64,000 nucleotides of DNA from Terriglobia bacterium (GCA_965223005.1 CBDCVK010000010.1:832001-896000); one strand, 5' to 3'. Counted from the stretch's first letter, positions 47,167 to 58,502 are shown. Numbers and translations: made by a program. The notes: generated by a model not told the origin, from the sequence alone.

Positions 47167-48501
47167 TCAGGCGCCATCCCGGGCGCAGCGAAAGCCCGCA
47201 TACATGTATTGGTAGTGGGGCTGGAACCAGTTTCGGAAGGATCGGCGCAACAGACAGGGTGCCGTCCGAGGCGATCCTCCTTTCAGGACGTAGTGCTTGC
47301 CGTCAAAGAAGTTGGCCGAGTAACCTGGGTAGAAGGGAAAGGGTTGGAAGCCCGGAAAGGGGCTGAACAGAGTCGAGGTCCACTCCCACCCGTTGCCGAG
47401 CAAGTCGGCGACGCCGAATGCACTGGTCCCCGAGGGATAGGCACCTACCGGGGCCGACTCCCCGCGATCAGAATTGAAGTTGCCATGGCGAGTCTCGGGA
47501 GGCCGATCGCCCCAGGGATAGGCGCGCTCGGACCCATCCGGGGCACCCGTTGCCGCCCGATGCCACTGTGCCTCGGTCGGTAGCGACTTACCCATCCAAC
47601 GGGCGTAGGCGCTGGCTTCGGCATGGCTAACATACACCGGCCAATCGAGCGGCAGGGGAATCTCCTCGAACATGCCACGGTAGAACCACTGCTCGCCGCG
47701 GCGGGCCCAAAAGGTCGGATGGTGGATGCCCTGTTTTTCCTTCCATTCCCAATCAGGCTCGCTCCACAGGGTTCGCTCCTGGTATCCACCGGCGGCCATG
47801 AACTCCAGGTACTGCCCGTTGGTCACCTTGTGGACATCCATGGCAAATTCGGCGACGCTGGCCGGGTGCTCTTCGAACTCGTTATCCCAACCAAAGACGC
47901 CGCCGCCGCGCAGCAGCCCCAAGGTGGCGGTGCCGGCGGGAATCTCCGCCATGCGCGGCGTCATCGGAAGCGCCGCTGGCGCCGGCGGAGTTTGCTGCCG
48001 CACTTTGTGCTCAGCCGGCAACTGATGGAACATATACGCCAACGTCTCGGTGTGCATCAGGCGGTGTTCATGGGCCACGTGAAGGCCCAGGCCGTCCCGG
48101 AGCAAGGGCTGGTCGCTCCCCGAGACGGAGATCTTCTCCAAGGCAGCGTCCAGTGTTCGACGGGCCTGCTGGTTATAGGCGCGGACCTGCTCCGCTGATG
48201 GCCAGTCCGAGGGGAGATCGGTTGGCAAGCCGCGGTCCACCGGATCGATTCCGAAGGCGAAGAGCTTGTCAAAGTCCTTGTGAAAGGAACTGAGACCCAG
48301 AGCGCGGATCCCCAGCAGGTTCCAGTCGAAGACCTCCAGGTGCCCGAGGTAAAAGATGATGCGATGGCGCTCGGAGATCGTTCGCTCGTACAGGCTCTCG
48401 GGTCTGACCATAGAGAACAGCTTGTCAGTCAGAGAACGAGCCTCGGCAATCGAGCGAAGCAGATCCTCCAGGCTGGCGCAGACACCTTGAGATTGTTCCA
48501 T
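47167..48501 (-). CDS. egtB: Non-heme iron sulfoxide synthase, EgtB/Egt1-like (DinB + FGE-sulfatase domains)
   Basis: FYLGH, HRLMHTE iron motif, FGWDNE, LPTEAQW, GNGWEWT, YPGYSANFFDG, RNWFQ; adjacent to egtD. Confidence 0.75.
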   Translation of the reverse strand: MEQSQGVCASLEDLLRSIAEARSLTDKLFSMVRPESLYERTISERHRIIFYLGHLEVFDWNLLGIRALGLSSFHKDFDKLFAFGIDPVDRGLPTDLPSDWPSAEQVRAYNQQARRTLDAALEKISVSGSDQPLLRDGLGLHVAHEHRLMHTETLAYMFHQLPAEHKVRQQTPPAPAALPMTPRMAEIPAGTATLGLLRGGGVFGWDNEFEEHPASVAEFAMDVHKVTNGQYLEFMAAGGYQERTLWSEPDWEWKEKQGIHHPTFWARRGEQWFYRGMFEEIPLPLDWPVYVSHAEASAYARWMGKSLPTEAQWHRAATGAPDGSERAYPWGDRPPETRHGNFNSDRGESAPVGAYPSGTSAFGVADLLGNGWEWTSTLFSPFPGFQPFPFYPGYSANFFDGKHYVLKGGSPRTAPCLLRRSFRNWFQPHYQYMYAGFRCARDGA

Positions 48502-48519
48502 TCTCGCTCTCCACGGGCC

Positions 48520-48680
48520 GCGTCCTGAAGCGGTCCGTTCCTTGCAGGGCTGCCACCCAGGTTTCCTTCGATTCCCGACGCAAAACCTGCCAATCGTAGT
48601 AGAGCACCATGATATTGGTCAACGAGAACTGTAAAGACCCAACCGCGGTCCCAGCCTGGGCCCGGTGTGTAAAAGAGCAT
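48520..48680 (-). pseudogene. Remnant of ECF sigma-70 region 2
   Basis: FTVLVDQYHGALLRLA in one frame and ETWVAALQGTDRFR in another, after GAGGAGG-ATG. Confidence 0.45.
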
Positions 48681-48823
48681 GGCCTCCTCACTCTCGCCAC
48701 TGGGGTCTCGCTACTGACGACCGGGCCCAACTCGAAAATGGTCTCGCCACGCAAGGCCTAGAAGATTGCTCGGTCGTCCGGATCAGGATTCTGGATGCCG
48801 GCGCGGCTTGTGTGTGGGTTGTC

Positions 48824-49381
48824 TTAGCTCCGACGCCGGGGTGACGGCTTCTTCAGCACGGCCAGATGGTCCCGGTAGGCCAAGCGCACGCCAATGAAGT
48901 CCCGGTGCCTGAGCTTAAGCTCGCTTGAGATGTTGCGGATCTCGTGATCTTCCTTTGTGGAAATGGACTTGTCCGAGGAAGAAACGGCGTAGAGACAATG
49001 TAGCAAACCGATCTTCTGCTGGTGGGTGGCGATCTTGTGGAACTCCCGCGTGACCAGGAAATTCTCCGTGCCCCCAAATAACCGGCTCTGGGTCTTGGCC
49101 ATTTGCACCACCAGGATCGCCTGCTCCTCGGGGAGGCCGCTCCGTTCCATGACGATCCGCTCCATTTGGCGCGTCTCCTCCTGGCTGATGTGCATGTCCG
49201 CGTGGGCCACACGGCTTAGCAGGTACGCAAAGGCAGCAACGTACCTGGCCCGCTCCTGCTCCATATGGTCCAGAGCGTCGACGATCTTGCGCACGGTTTC
49301 CGTCTCTGGGGAAGAAGGTTCCCGCGGGTCCTCCTTCTCCAGTTCTTGCTTTTCCAGTCCGAGAAACTTCCAGATCGACAT
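48824..49381 (-). CDS. TerB family protein
   Basis: LSRVAHADMHISQEE, LYAVSSSDKSIS..E..IR.I..EL. Confidence 0.8.
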   Translation of the reverse strand: MSIWKFLGLEKQELEKEDPREPSSPETETVRKIVDALDHMEQERARYVAAFAYLLSRVAHADMHISQEETRQMERIVMERSGLPEEQAILVVQMAKTQSRLFGGTENFLVTREFHKIATHQQKIGLLHCLYAVSSSDKSISTKEDHEIRNISSELKLRHRDFIGVRLAYRDHLAVLKKPSPRRRS

Positions 49382-49645
49382 CGTTCCCTCTCACCTCTTT
49401 CCTGACACACTGTATTATGAAGCGTGAACTGCTGTTGTGACAATTGTGGAGGCAATTTCAAGCTCCGGCAGCTGATTGGAACCTCCGCCGCGTTGGGTTG
49501 TACCATTGGGTGCGGCAAATTGGTGCAACGAATTGGGTGCAACGACAGGTTCCGGGCGAGCCAAGAGCAACGCCAGTAACCTGAGGTGCCGGGCGGTGCA
49601 GTGAGGCGGGCTCGCAGCTCAGGCTCGTAGCTCACGGTCGCAGCT

Positions 49646-50695
49646 ATGGAAGAACAATTTCTAGCTGGTTTAGTCTTAGGCCTGCTGGCTGGTCTGGCAA
49701 ATGGTGTCTTCTTTCTCCCGATGCGCTACACGCGGGAGTGGGAGTGGGAGAACACCTGGATCATTTTCACATTCCTTTCCACTGGTGTTCTGCCGTGGGT
49801 GGCAGCGCTTCTGGCAGTGCCGAACCTGATCGGAGTTTTGTGGGAGAGCCCTTTCAGCTACCTGCTTCCCGGCCTGATTGCGGGCGTTGCTTGGGGTGTG
49901 GCCCAGGTCTTGTATGGGTTGGGGCTTGGCATGGTGGGCATAGCCATCGGGGCTGCTGTGACGGCCAGTACTTCTGTCACGGCAGGAACTCTCGGACCGA
50001 TGATCGTCTACGCTCGCGGCAAAGTTTCCGATGATGCTGTCTTTTATTTTCTCCTCGCGGTGGCACTGATCCTGGCCGGGATTTTCCTGTACGGAAAATT
50101 CGGAGTGCGCAAAGAACGGGAGACCGCAGGAAAAACGGCAGGAAAAGAGGCGGGTGGGCAAGTGGTTAGAGGGAGCTTTCGAACCGGCTTGGTGATCTGC
50201 CTTTCCAGCGGGCCGCTCGGCACGGCATTCATCTACGGCTCGAAGTCGAGCAGTGGACTGGTGGAAAATGCCTTGCAGGCGGGCGCTTCTTCGCAAACCT
50301 TCGCCGAGTTTGCTGCCCTTCTGGTCACCTTCAATGCCGGGATGTTCCCTGGGATTGTGTATTCGATTTATAAACTGAACCGGAACCGGACTTGGGGCGC
50401 CTTTCGGAACAGGCGCGTCTTGTTTCGGAATTTCTCACTGGCGGTGGCGATGGCCGTCCTGTGGTATGGCGGGCTTTTGCTGTACAACTCGAGTGCGGTC
50501 AAACTGGGCAGCGCTATGGGACCGTCCATATCCTTCGCGCTCTTCGCTGGCGGGACCGTGTTTTTTGGCAACCTGTTTGGTTGGCTGGTGGGAGAATGGA
50601 AAGGCGCCAGCGCCAACACGATTCGAGGGTTCATCATCGGCATGGCTTTGATCGTGGCGGCAATCCTGGTGATCGCTTTCAAGGTAAATGTGTAA
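49646..50695 (+). CDS. L-rhamnose/proton symporter (RhaT-like, DMT superfamily)
   Basis: FLPMRYTREWEWENTW, about 10 TM segments, GEWKGA. Confidence 0.75.
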   Translation: MEEQFLAGLVLGLLAGLANGVFFLPMRYTREWEWENTWIIFTFLSTGVLPWVAALLAVPNLIGVLWESPFSYLLPGLIAGVAWGVAQVLYGLGLGMVGIAIGAAVTASTSVTAGTLGPMIVYARGKVSDDAVFYFLLAVALILAGIFLYGKFGVRKERETAGKTAGKEAGGQVVRGSFRTGLVICLSSGPLGTAFIYGSKSSSGLVENALQAGASSQTFAEFAALLVTFNAGMFPGIVYSIYKLNRNRTWGAFRNRRVLFRNFSLAVAMAVLWYGGLLLYNSSAVKLGSAMGPSISFALFAGGTVFFGNLFGWLVGEWKGASANTIRGFIIGMALIVAAILVIAFKVNV

Positions 50696-50907
50696 GCGGA
50701 TCCCTCCCCTCGGCGCTTCCAATCGGCGCTTCTAATCAACCGGCAGAAGCCAGGGCTAGCTTTTAGAATACCGGATCCAGGCCATCCCAGCCGGAGTGCT
50801 CTATTGAACCCCGGTGCCGCCGCGGCAAGCGGAACCGTGGCTTGATTTCCCGCAGAATCCGCGGTATTCTAAGGGCTAGCCCTGGTAGGTAGTGGGTCGC
50901 AAGAGAG

Positions 50908-50933
50908 AGTGGGCGCGAGCCCACTTTTTTGTT
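50908..50933 (+). promoter_or_regulatory. rimP leader terminator-like hairpin
   Basis: AGTGGGC-GCGA-GCCCACT stem with GNRA loop followed by a T run, about 25 nt before rimP. Confidence 0.7.
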
Positions 50934-50956
50934 GGTTTTTTTGGTTGCGCTGGGAA

Positions 50957-51427
50957 ATGCCGGACCAGGTGGTACTTGTGCGAATTCGGGGAATTGTGGA
51001 GCGAGTGGCTACCTCCGAGAGGATGGAGGTGGTAGACGTTGAGCTACGCGGCAAAGGGCCACGGAGTCTGTTGCGTATCTTCATTGACAAGCCCGGGGGC
51101 GTCACCCATCGCGACTGTGAACTGATCAGCAAGCAAGTAGGAGCCATCCTGGACGTGGAGGATTTAATCCCCACCAGCTACACCCTGGAAGTCTCCTCGC
51201 CCGGAGTGGAGCGGCGGCTGAATCGTCCGTCCGATTACGCGCGCTTTGCCGGGAGCAAAGTGCGACTCCGGTTGAAGGAGCCCCTGGGGACGCAGCGGCA
51301 GTTGGTGGGGCGGTTGAACGGGCTGGAAAACGGGGTCCTCACCCTTACGCTGGCCCAGGGCGAGTGCGTTTCGGTGGAATACGACAGCGTCGAGCGAGCG
51401 AACTTAGTCTTTGAATGGAAGTCTTGA
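50957..51427 (+). CDS. rimP: Ribosome maturation factor RimP
   Basis: LRIFIDKPGGVTH.DC..IS, YTLEVSSPGVER.L; first gene of the nusA-infB operon. Confidence 0.95.
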   Translation: MPDQVVLVRIRGIVERVATSERMEVVDVELRGKGPRSLLRIFIDKPGGVTHRDCELISKQVGAILDVEDLIPTSYTLEVSSPGVERRLNRPSDYARFAGSKVRLRLKEPLGTQRQLVGRLNGLENGVLTLTLAQGECVSVEYDSVERANLVFEWKS

Positions 51428-51454
51428 TTCGGCGCACGACAACGGGAATGCCTT

Positions 51455-53029
51455 ATGGCATCGCTACTGTACCAGACCATTGACCAGCTCAGCCGGGAGA
51501 AGGGGATTGATCCGAAGATCATCGTCGACGCCATCGAGGACGCCATGGCAGTGGCGACTCGCAAGTATTACAAGTCCGGCGAGGACCTGAAGGCTGAGTT
51601 CAACAAGGAAACTGGAGAGGTCGAAGTTTTCGCCATCCGCAAGGCTGTCGAGACGGTGACCACTCCACTGAAGGAAATCTCCCTGGAGGAGGGCCGGTCC
51701 ATAGACCCCAATGTGGAACTGGACGGCGAGGTGCGGATCAAGAAGCCCACCGACGTGCTGGGTCGGATCGCCGCCCAGACGGCCAAGCAGGTCATTTGCC
51801 AGAAAGTGCGAGAGGCGGAACGTGACACCGTCTACAACGAGTACAGCGGGCGCGTGGGTGAGCTGGTCAACTGCAGCGTCAAGCGGATCGAGGGGCCGGA
51901 CTTGATCGTGGACATTGGTAAGGCCGAAGCCCGGCTGCCGCGCCGCGAGCAGTCGCGCCTGGAGCAGTTCTCGCCCAGCGATCGCTTGCGAGCGATCATC
52001 GTCAAGGTGGAGAAATCCTTGAAGGGCCCGCAGGTGATCGTTTCCCGCGGCGCACCCGAACTCGTGACCCGACTGTTCGCGCAGGAAGTGCCGGAAATTT
52101 ACGACAACACGGTGGTGATCAAAGCCTGCGCGCGGGAGGCTGGGGAGCGCACGAAGATCGCGGTGATCAGCCACGACCGCAACGTGGACCCCACCGGCGC
52201 CTGCGTGGGGATGAAAGGGATGCGGGTGGAGTCGGTCCGCCGCGAGTTACGGGGGGAGAAGATTGACATCGTGGAGCATTCCGAGGACCAGGTGGTCTTC
52301 GCCACCAAAGCCTTGCAGCCTGCCAAAGTCAGCCGAGTGACGGTCCTGGACCCGGTCGCGAAGCATCTGGAAGTGATCGTGGACGACACGCAGCTCTCGT
52401 TGGCCATCGGCAGGAAAGGCCAGAACGTGCGTCTCGCGGCCAAGCTGATGGGCTGTAGGATTGACATCAAGAGCGAGGAGGAGAAGCGCCAGGAAGTGGA
52501 GTGGCAGATGGGACAATTGGTCGGCGGCACGCCGCTGGCCCAGCTCGTTGCGCTCAGTGAGCGCCTCCGCGAAAAGCTCATCCAGCACGAGATCCCGACC
52601 ATCGAGCGGCTCGGTTCTATGACGCCCGAGCAGTTGCAGGAGATTCCCGGCATCGGTCCGAAAATGGTAGAAAAAATCCGTGCTGCCGTGCAGAATTACT
52701 GGGAAGGAACCGAGGAGGCGACAGAAGTCGCGGAAAGCGTCGAGTTGGCGGAAGCCAACGGGGACACCGAGCCGGCCGAAGCGACTGCGGAAGAACTTGT
52801 CGAAACGCAGGCCGAACCCGCCCAGCCTGATTCTGAGGCGCGGGCAATGCCGGACCTAACCGCTGAGGAGCACGCGGTCCCTGCCCAGGGCGGAGAGGCG
52901 GCGCAAGAGTCGCCTGAGCGTGTAGCTCAGGAGGACGACCACCCGGCAGCTGAATCACTCGAACAACCCGGGCTGGAAGGTTCCGGCACGAGCAACAGCG
53001 ACGATGAGGCGGGATCGCCCGAAAAGTGA
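51455..53029 (+). CDS. nusA: Transcription factor NusA with HhH and acidic tail
   Basis: GRIAAQTAKQVI, AREAGERTKIAV, GACVGMKG, LSLAIGRKGQNVRLA. Confidence 0.97.
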   Translation: MASLLYQTIDQLSREKGIDPKIIVDAIEDAMAVATRKYYKSGEDLKAEFNKETGEVEVFAIRKAVETVTTPLKEISLEEGRSIDPNVELDGEVRIKKPTDVLGRIAAQTAKQVICQKVREAERDTVYNEYSGRVGELVNCSVKRIEGPDLIVDIGKAEARLPRREQSRLEQFSPSDRLRAIIVKVEKSLKGPQVIVSRGAPELVTRLFAQEVPEIYDNTVVIKACAREAGERTKIAVISHDRNVDPTGACVGMKGMRVESVRRELRGEKIDIVEHSEDQVVFATKALQPAKVSRVTVLDPVAKHLEVIVDDTQLSLAIGRKGQNVRLAAKLMGCRIDIKSEEEKRQEVEWQMGQLVGGTPLAQLVALSERLREKLIQHEIPTIERLGSMTPEQLQEIPGIGPKMVEKIRAAVQNYWEGTEEATEVAESVELAEANGDTEPAEATAEELVETQAEPAQPDSEARAMPDLTAEEHAVPAQGGEAAQESPERVAQEDDHPAAESLEQPGLEGSGTSNSDDEAGSPEK

Positions 53030-53106
53030 AGTCAGAAGGGAGCGGATGAAGAAAGGCATCGCGGTGGCGCAGAGACGGATCGCGGCAAATTAGGTAATGG
53101 GCTCGC

Positions 53107-55968
53107 ATGCGAATTAACGAATTAGCCCGAAAACTAGAGGTGAAGGCGAAGGCGATCCTCGACTTCCTACCCACCCTCGGGATCACCGACAAACAGTCCC
53201 ACTCCAGTTCTATCAGCGAAGAGATTGCGGAGAAGGTGCGCCAGCACTTTGCTGGCACACCCGCTGCAGCGTCCGGCGGGGAGAAGGAAGTAGTGACCGG
53301 CGAAACGGCGGTATCTGCTCCCGCGCCGCCTGCCGCATTGCCTTCCAAACCGGCTGCGCCCGAAGCCGTTGCAGTGCGCGGCGAGAGTCCTGTTTCCGCG
53401 CCGCCTCCGGAATCGCGGCCCGCTCCAACAGCAGCGGGGCACATTTCTGGACCGGTGGCGAGCCCATCTGTCCGCGGCGAACCTCGGCCTCAGTTGGGAA
53501 CCCCGCTGGTGCCCAGACAGTTTTCGGCGGGAGGAGCGCGCACCGTTTTGCGCCCTCCGATTCGCCGGACGGCGGCCCAGCCACCCCCACCCGCGGGAGC
53601 GCCGGAAATAGGTACTGCCGCTTCCCCTCCACCATCGACGGAGGCACCTCCCGTGGTAGAGGTCATGCCAGCCGCCCCGAGTTCGCCTCTCGCTGCTCCG
53701 GCCGAAGCCGGGCCTCAGGCTCAAACGCCTGCCCCACACGTCCCGCGGTTGGGGGTGCAGGGTCCGATGGGCACGCCGCGTCCCGGCGTGCCGGGCCCGG
53801 TGAGTCGCCCCGGTGGTCTGCCGCCCCCAGCCGTGGTGTCACCCCCGGTGCGTCCTGTGTCGCCCCGGGCGCTGGCTCCAGGGCAGCCGATCTATCAACC
53901 GCCTCCAGGAGTTCGGAGGCGGGCTGGGCCGCCGCGCGAGGGTGTGAGCGGGTCGGCCGCTGGTGGGGTGGGGCGTCCAGGCGGGATGCCTCGGACCGTG
54001 CCGGGGCTCCCGGTGCCTCCGGGTCGCTATGAGCGGCGTCCGATGCACCCGACGCGAACGCGTCCCGGCGGTCCGGGCGCTGCGCCCGCTATTGGCCAAC
54101 GGCCGCGTCCCACCCGGTCTCCCATTCCTGTCCGGGATCGAGAAGGGCGGCAACGCGGCGGCCCGCCGCGCCAGGCGCCGGCGATGTTCAAGCCGCTGCC
54201 CATCAGCCGCGAAATCGCCATCGTCGAAGGCATCACGGTCAAAGACCTAACGGAGAAACTGGAGATCAAGGCTAAGGACTTGATGCAACGGCTGATCAGC
54301 CGCGGAATTTTCGCGACCATTAACCAGACGCTGGACGCGCAGGTGGCCACTGAGGTGGCCCGGGATTTCGGAGCCGAGGCTCGCGTCATCAGCTTCGAGG
54401 AAGAGACCCTGGAGGCAGTCAAGCCGGAAAGCGAGGCAGAAGCCGGCGAGCAGGTGCCGCGCCCGCCGGTGGTTACCATCATGGGCCACGTGGACCATGG
54501 GAAGACCTCGCTGTTGGACGGGATCCGGCAGACCCGCGTCAGCGAGCAGGAGGCTGGCGGTATTACCCAGCACATCGGTGCCTATCAGGTGGAAATCAAC
54601 AACCGCCGGATCACCTTCATTGACACTCCTGGTCACGAGGCATTCACGCGCATGCGAGCGCGTGGTTCGAAGGTCACCGACATCGTCGTGCTGGTGGTGG
54701 CGGCCGATGACGGGGTGATGCCCCAGACATTGGAAGCGGTGGACCACGCCCGCGCGGCCGGCGTGCCCATAGTGGTGGCCATCAACAAGGTGGACAAGCC
54801 CGAGGCCAACACTGAGCGGGTGAAGCGACAGTTGTCGGACCGCGATTTGACGCCCGAGGAATGGGGCGGCAAGACAGTGACCGTGGAGGTCTCTGCCAAG
54901 CAGAACAAGAACCTGGACCTGCTACTGGAGATGATCCTGCTGGTGGCCGACGTGCAGGAACTGAAGGCGAGTCCCAGCCGTCCGGGGATGGCTACGGTTC
55001 TGGAAGCCGAGCTGGACCGCGGCCGCGGCCCGGTGGCCACAGTGCTGGTGCAAAATGGTACCCTGCGCGCGGGCGACCCCTTCATCGTCGGTTCCGTGTT
55101 CGGCAGGGTGCGGGCCCTAGTGGACGATCGGGGTCGTGCGCTGGAGGAAGCGCTGCCTGCCACTCCGGTGGAAGTGCTGGGGCTCAGCAGCGTGCCGCAG
55201 GTGGGAGAGCAGCTCCAGGTGGTCCCTGATCTGCTCAAGGCCAAGCAGACAGCCCTTTACCGCGAGCAGAAAGCGCGCGAGGCCGCCCTGGCCAGATACT
55301 CTCGCCTGACCCTGAGCCAGCTCCACGAGCAGATGAAGGCCGGCGTGGTCAAGGAGTTGAACCTGATCCTGAAGGGCGACGTGGGGGGCTCGGCCGAAGT
55401 GCTGGCCGAGACGCTGACCAAGCTGGCCACCGAGAAAGTCAAGGTGAAGATCATCCACTCCGGGGTCGGCGCCATCACCGAGTCCGACGTGCTGCTGGCT
55501 TCCGCCTCCAACGCCGTCATCATCGGCTTCAGTGTGCGCCCGGAACGGAAGGCGCAGGAAACGGCCGAGCAGGAAAAAGTGGATATCCGCCTGCACACCG
55601 TCATCTACGAAGTAGTGGATGAAATTAAGAAGGCGATGACTGGGCTGCTGGAGCCCACCACTCGGGAAGTGGCGCTGGGACGGGCCGAAGTCCGGGAGAC
55701 CTTCCGCGTCACGGGGGTCGGCACGATCGCCGGCTGCTACGTGCAGAACGGCCGGTTCACGCGCGGCGCCGAAGTGCGCCTGCTGCGGGATAACGTGGTG
55801 GTCTACACCGGCAAGGTCGCTTCGCTGCGCCGCTTCAAGGATGATGCCAGCGAAGTGAAGTCCGGCTTCGAGTGCGGCGTCGCCCTGGAAAACTACTCCG
55901 ACATCAAACAGGGTGACGTTGTGGAAGCCTTCGTCATCGAAAAGATCGCCGCCGAAGCGCTGGCCTGA
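53107..55968 (+). CDS. infB: Translation initiation factor IF-2
   Basis: RINELA N-terminus, Pro-rich linker, [24 protein letters not shown]. Confidence 0.97.
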   Translation: MRINELARKLEVKAKAILDFLPTLGITDKQSHSSSISEEIAEKVRQHFAGTPAAASGGEKEVVTGETAVSAPAPPAALPSKPAAPEAVAVRGESPVSAPPPESRPAPTAAGHISGPVASPSVRGEPRPQLGTPLVPRQFSAGGARTVLRPPIRRTAAQPPPPAGAPEIGTAASPPPSTEAPPVVEVMPAAPSSPLAAPAEAGPQAQTPAPHVPRLGVQGPMGTPRPGVPGPVSRPGGLPPPAVVSPPVRPVSPRALAPGQPIYQPPPGVRRRAGPPREGVSGSAAGGVGRPGGMPRTVPGLPVPPGRYERRPMHPTRTRPGGPGAAPAIGQRPRPTRSPIPVRDREGRQRGGPPRQAPAMFKPLPISREIAIVEGITVKDLTEKLEIKAKDLMQRLISRGIFATINQTLDAQVATEVARDFGAEARVISFEEETLEAVKPESEAEAGEQVPRPPVVTIMGHVDHGKTSLLDGIRQTRVSEQEAGGITQHIGAYQVEINNRRITFIDTPGHEAFTRMRARGSKVTDIVVLVVAADDGVMPQTLEAVDHARAAGVPIVVAINKVDKPEANTERVKRQLSDRDLTPEEWGGKTVTVEVSAKQNKNLDLLLEMILLVADVQELKASPSRPGMATVLEAELDRGRGPVATVLVQNGTLRAGDPFIVGSVFGRVRALVDDRGRALEEALPATPVEVLGLSSVPQVGEQLQVVPDLLKAKQTALYREQKAREAALARYSRLTLSQLHEQMKAGVVKELNLILKGDVGGSAEVLAETLTKLATEKVKVKIIHSGVGAITESDVLLASASNAVIIGFSVRPERKAQETAEQEKVDIRLHTVIYEVVDEIKKAMTGLLEPTTREVALGRAEVRETFRVTGVGTIAGCYVQNGRFTRGAEVRLLRDNVVVYTGKVASLRRFKDDASEVKSGFECGVALENYSDIKQGDVVEAFVIEKIAAEALA

Positions 55969-55972
55969 TGCC

Positions 55973-56254
55973 GTGCCCGTTGGGCTGCTCACCCTGGAAA
56001 TCCACTTGCCTTATGCGCATTCGCTGAAAGAGAAGCGAATGGTTGTCCAGCGGCTCAGGGACCGGCTGCGCCGCAAGTTCAACGTGGCCGTGGCGGAACT
56101 GGATCACCAGGACCTCTGGCAACGTGCGGTGCTGGGGGTGGCCTCCATTTCCAGCAGCGAAGCCAATCTCCGCCAGGTGCTGCGCGGGGCCCAGGCGGAA
56201 AGTGAACACCTGCTGGGGGGCGACCTGGTGGACGCCGCCATCGAAATCCTGTAA
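55973..56254 (+). CDS. DUF503 (YlxP-like) protein
   Basis: HSLKEKR, FNVAVAE.D.QDLWQR; conserved position between infB and rbfA. Confidence 0.9.
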   Translation: MPVGLLTLEIHLPYAHSLKEKRMVVQRLRDRLRRKFNVAVAELDHQDLWQRAVLGVASISSSEANLRQVLRGAQAESEHLLGGDLVDAAIEIL

Positions 56255-56319
56255 CCCTCGATTGACCGGCTCATTGGCCATTGACCCCCTCGGCAATGGT
56301 TCAATGACTCAACCATCCC

Positions 56320-56730
56320 ATGCTGATGAAGCCATCCCACCGAGCCGAGCGGTTGGCGGACGAGTTGCGCATGGAGTTGGGCCAGCTTATCAGCCGCATG
56401 CGGGACCCACGCGTTGGCTTCGCCACCGTCACCGCGGTGCGTCTGGCGCCCGACCTCCGGCACGCCCGCGTCCAGGTCAGCGTGCTCGGCAGCGAAGAGG
56501 CCCAGCAGCAAAGCCTTCACTGCCTGCAGGCGGCCCGTCGTTACCTCCGCCACGAGCTGGCCCACCATCTGGCGCTCCGTTTCACCCCGGACCTGACGTT
56601 CGAACTGGACCGCGGCTTCGCCCACACTTCCCGCGTGGAAGAGCTGCTCCGCCGAGCCAGGAAGAAAACGGCCCGCCCGCCCAAGCCGCCTCAGGAGCCA
56701 CCCTCCGAACAAGAGCCGCCAGGCAGCTAG
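56320..56730 (+). CDS. rbfA: Ribosome-binding factor A
   Basis: [36 protein letters not shown]. Confidence 0.95.
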   Translation: MLMKPSHRAERLADELRMELGQLISRMRDPRVGFATVTAVRLAPDLRHARVQVSVLGSEEAQQQSLHCLQAARRYLRHELAHHLALRFTPDLTFELDRGFAHTSRVEELLRRARKKTARPPKPPQEPPSEQEPPGS

Positions 56731-56822
56731 TCACGCCGGAGCAGAAGCCAAACGGACAGCCAAAGCTCGATGAGAAAAGCCGACGCAAAGCGGTCGTGCT
56801 ACCATCGTCGAGAGGAACCGCA

Positions 56823-58502
56823 ATGACCACCGGGACCCTGAAGCCCCCACCCACGGTTCGCGCGCCTCGTGGGACCCAGCTCTCCTGCCGCGGCTGGCAC
56901 CAAGAAGCCGCGCTGCGCATGCTGATGAACAGCCTGGACCCGGAGGTGGCCGAGAAGCCGGAGGAACTGATTGTCTACGGCGGCTCGGGTCGGGCGGCGC
57001 GGAACTGGGCCTGTTTCGAAGCCATCGTGCGCGAGCTGCAACAGCTCGGCAACGACGAAACCCTGCTGGTGCAGTCCGGCAAACCGGTGGGCGTGTTCCG
57101 CACGCACGAGTTTGCTCCCCGCGTTCTCATCGCCAACGCCAATCTGGTCGGGCACTGGTCCAACTGGGAGCATTTCCACGAGCTGGAACGCGCCGGGCTG
57201 ATCATGTACGGCCAGATGAGCGCCGGAAGCTGGATCCACGTCGGCGCGCAGGGAATCCTGCAAGGCACCTACGAGACACTTGCGGCGGCTGCCAACAAGC
57301 ATTTCAGTGGTGACCTGGCCGGAAAGCTGGTGGTGAGCGGGGGCATGGGCGGCATGGGCGGCGCCCAGCCGCTGGCCGCCACCTTGAATGGCGCTACCTT
57401 CCTGGGCGTGGAGGTGGACCCGGAGCGGGTGAAGCGCCGCCTGCGCGTCGGCTACTGCGACATCATGGTCCACGACCTGGACGAGGCGGTCCGGATCCTA
57501 AAGAGGGCGGTGCGCAAAAAGGAGGCCACTTCGGTGGTGCTGGTGGGCAATTGCGCCGAGGTCATCCCGGAACTGGCCCGCCGCGGCATCGTTCCCGACC
57601 TGCTCACCGACCAGACCAGCGCCCACGATCCCCTCAACGGCTACATCCCGGCCGGCTGCTCGCTCGGGCAGGCCGCCGACCTGCGCCAGCGCGATCCCGC
57701 CGGGTACCGGAAGCGCAGCATGGACTCGATCGCGCGCCATGTCGAGGGCATCCTTGCCTTGCAGAAGCTCGGCGCTGTGGCCTTCGACTACGGCAATAAC
57801 ATCCGCACCCTGGCCAACAAGGCGGGCGTCACGGAGGCCTATGGCTTTCCCGGATTTGTGCAGGCCTACATCCGGCCACTCTTCTGTGAAGGACGAGGAC
57901 CGTTTCGCTGGGTGGCGCTGTCGGGCGAAGCAGCTGACATCGCCGTCACCGACGACCTGGTGTGCCAGCTATTCCCGGAGGACCGCGTCCTCGGGCGATG
58001 GATCGAGCTAGCCCGCCGCCGGGTCCGCTTCCAGGGCCTGCCAGCGCGCATCTGCTGGCTGGGATATGGCCAGCGCGCCACCTTTGGGCTGGCCGTCAAC
58101 GATCTGGTCCGGACGGGAAAGTTGAAGGCGCCGGTGGTGATCGGGCGCGACCATCTGGACTGTGGCTCGGTGGCTTCCCCCTACTGCGAAACCGAAGGCA
58201 TGAAAGATGGCAGCGACGCGGTGGCCGACTGGCCTGTGCTGAGTGCCCTGCTGAACACCGCCTCCGGGGCCAGCTGGGTTTCCCTGCAAAATGGAGGAGG
58301 GGTGGGCATCGGATACTCGCTTCACGCTGGGCAAGTTGCGGTGGCGGAGGGCACCGCGGAAGGCGCCCAACGCTTGGAGCGCGTCCTCGCCAACGACCCC
58401 GGCCTCGGCATCGCCCGGCACGGCGACGCCGGCTACGAGAAGGCACGAGACTTTGCGCAAAAGGCGGGGTTGCGCATCCCTTTCAGCTCTTCTTCGAAGT
58501 GA
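56823..58502 (+). CDS. hutU: Urocanate hydratase (several substitutions at normally conserved sites)
   Basis: [66 protein letters not shown]; start ATG 56823. Confidence 0.9.
   Translation: MTTGTLKPPPTVRAPRGTQLSCRGWHQEAALRMLMNSLDPEVAEKPEELIVYGGSGRAARNWACFEAIVRELQQLGNDETLLVQSGKPVGVFRTHEFAPRVLIANANLVGHWSNWEHFHELERAGLIMYGQMSAGSWIHVGAQGILQGTYETLAAAANKHFSGDLAGKLVVSGGMGGMGGAQPLAATLNGATFLGVEVDPERVKRRLRVGYCDIMVHDLDEAVRILKRAVRKKEATSVVLVGNCAEVIPELARRGIVPDLLTDQTSAHDPLNGYIPAGCSLGQAADLRQRDPAGYRKRSMDSIARHVEGILALQKLGAVAFDYGNNIRTLANKAGVTEAYGFPGFVQAYIRPLFCEGRGPFRWVALSGEAADIAVTDDLVCQLFPEDRVLGRWIELARRRVRFQGLPARICWLGYGQRATFGLAVNDLVRTGKLKAPVVIGRDHLDCGSVASPYCETEGMKDGSDAVADWPVLSALLNTASGASWVSLQNGGGVGIGYSLHAGQVAVAEGTAEGAQRLERVLANDPGLGIARHGDAGYEKARDFAQKAGLRIPFSSSSK

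Noticed and set aside
56043-56822. Long N-terminal extension of HutU (819-aa ORF); similar extensions of lpdA, ftcD and the gluconolactonase
   Set aside because: The extensions overlap real genes or intergenic DNA; homology starts at downstream ATGs
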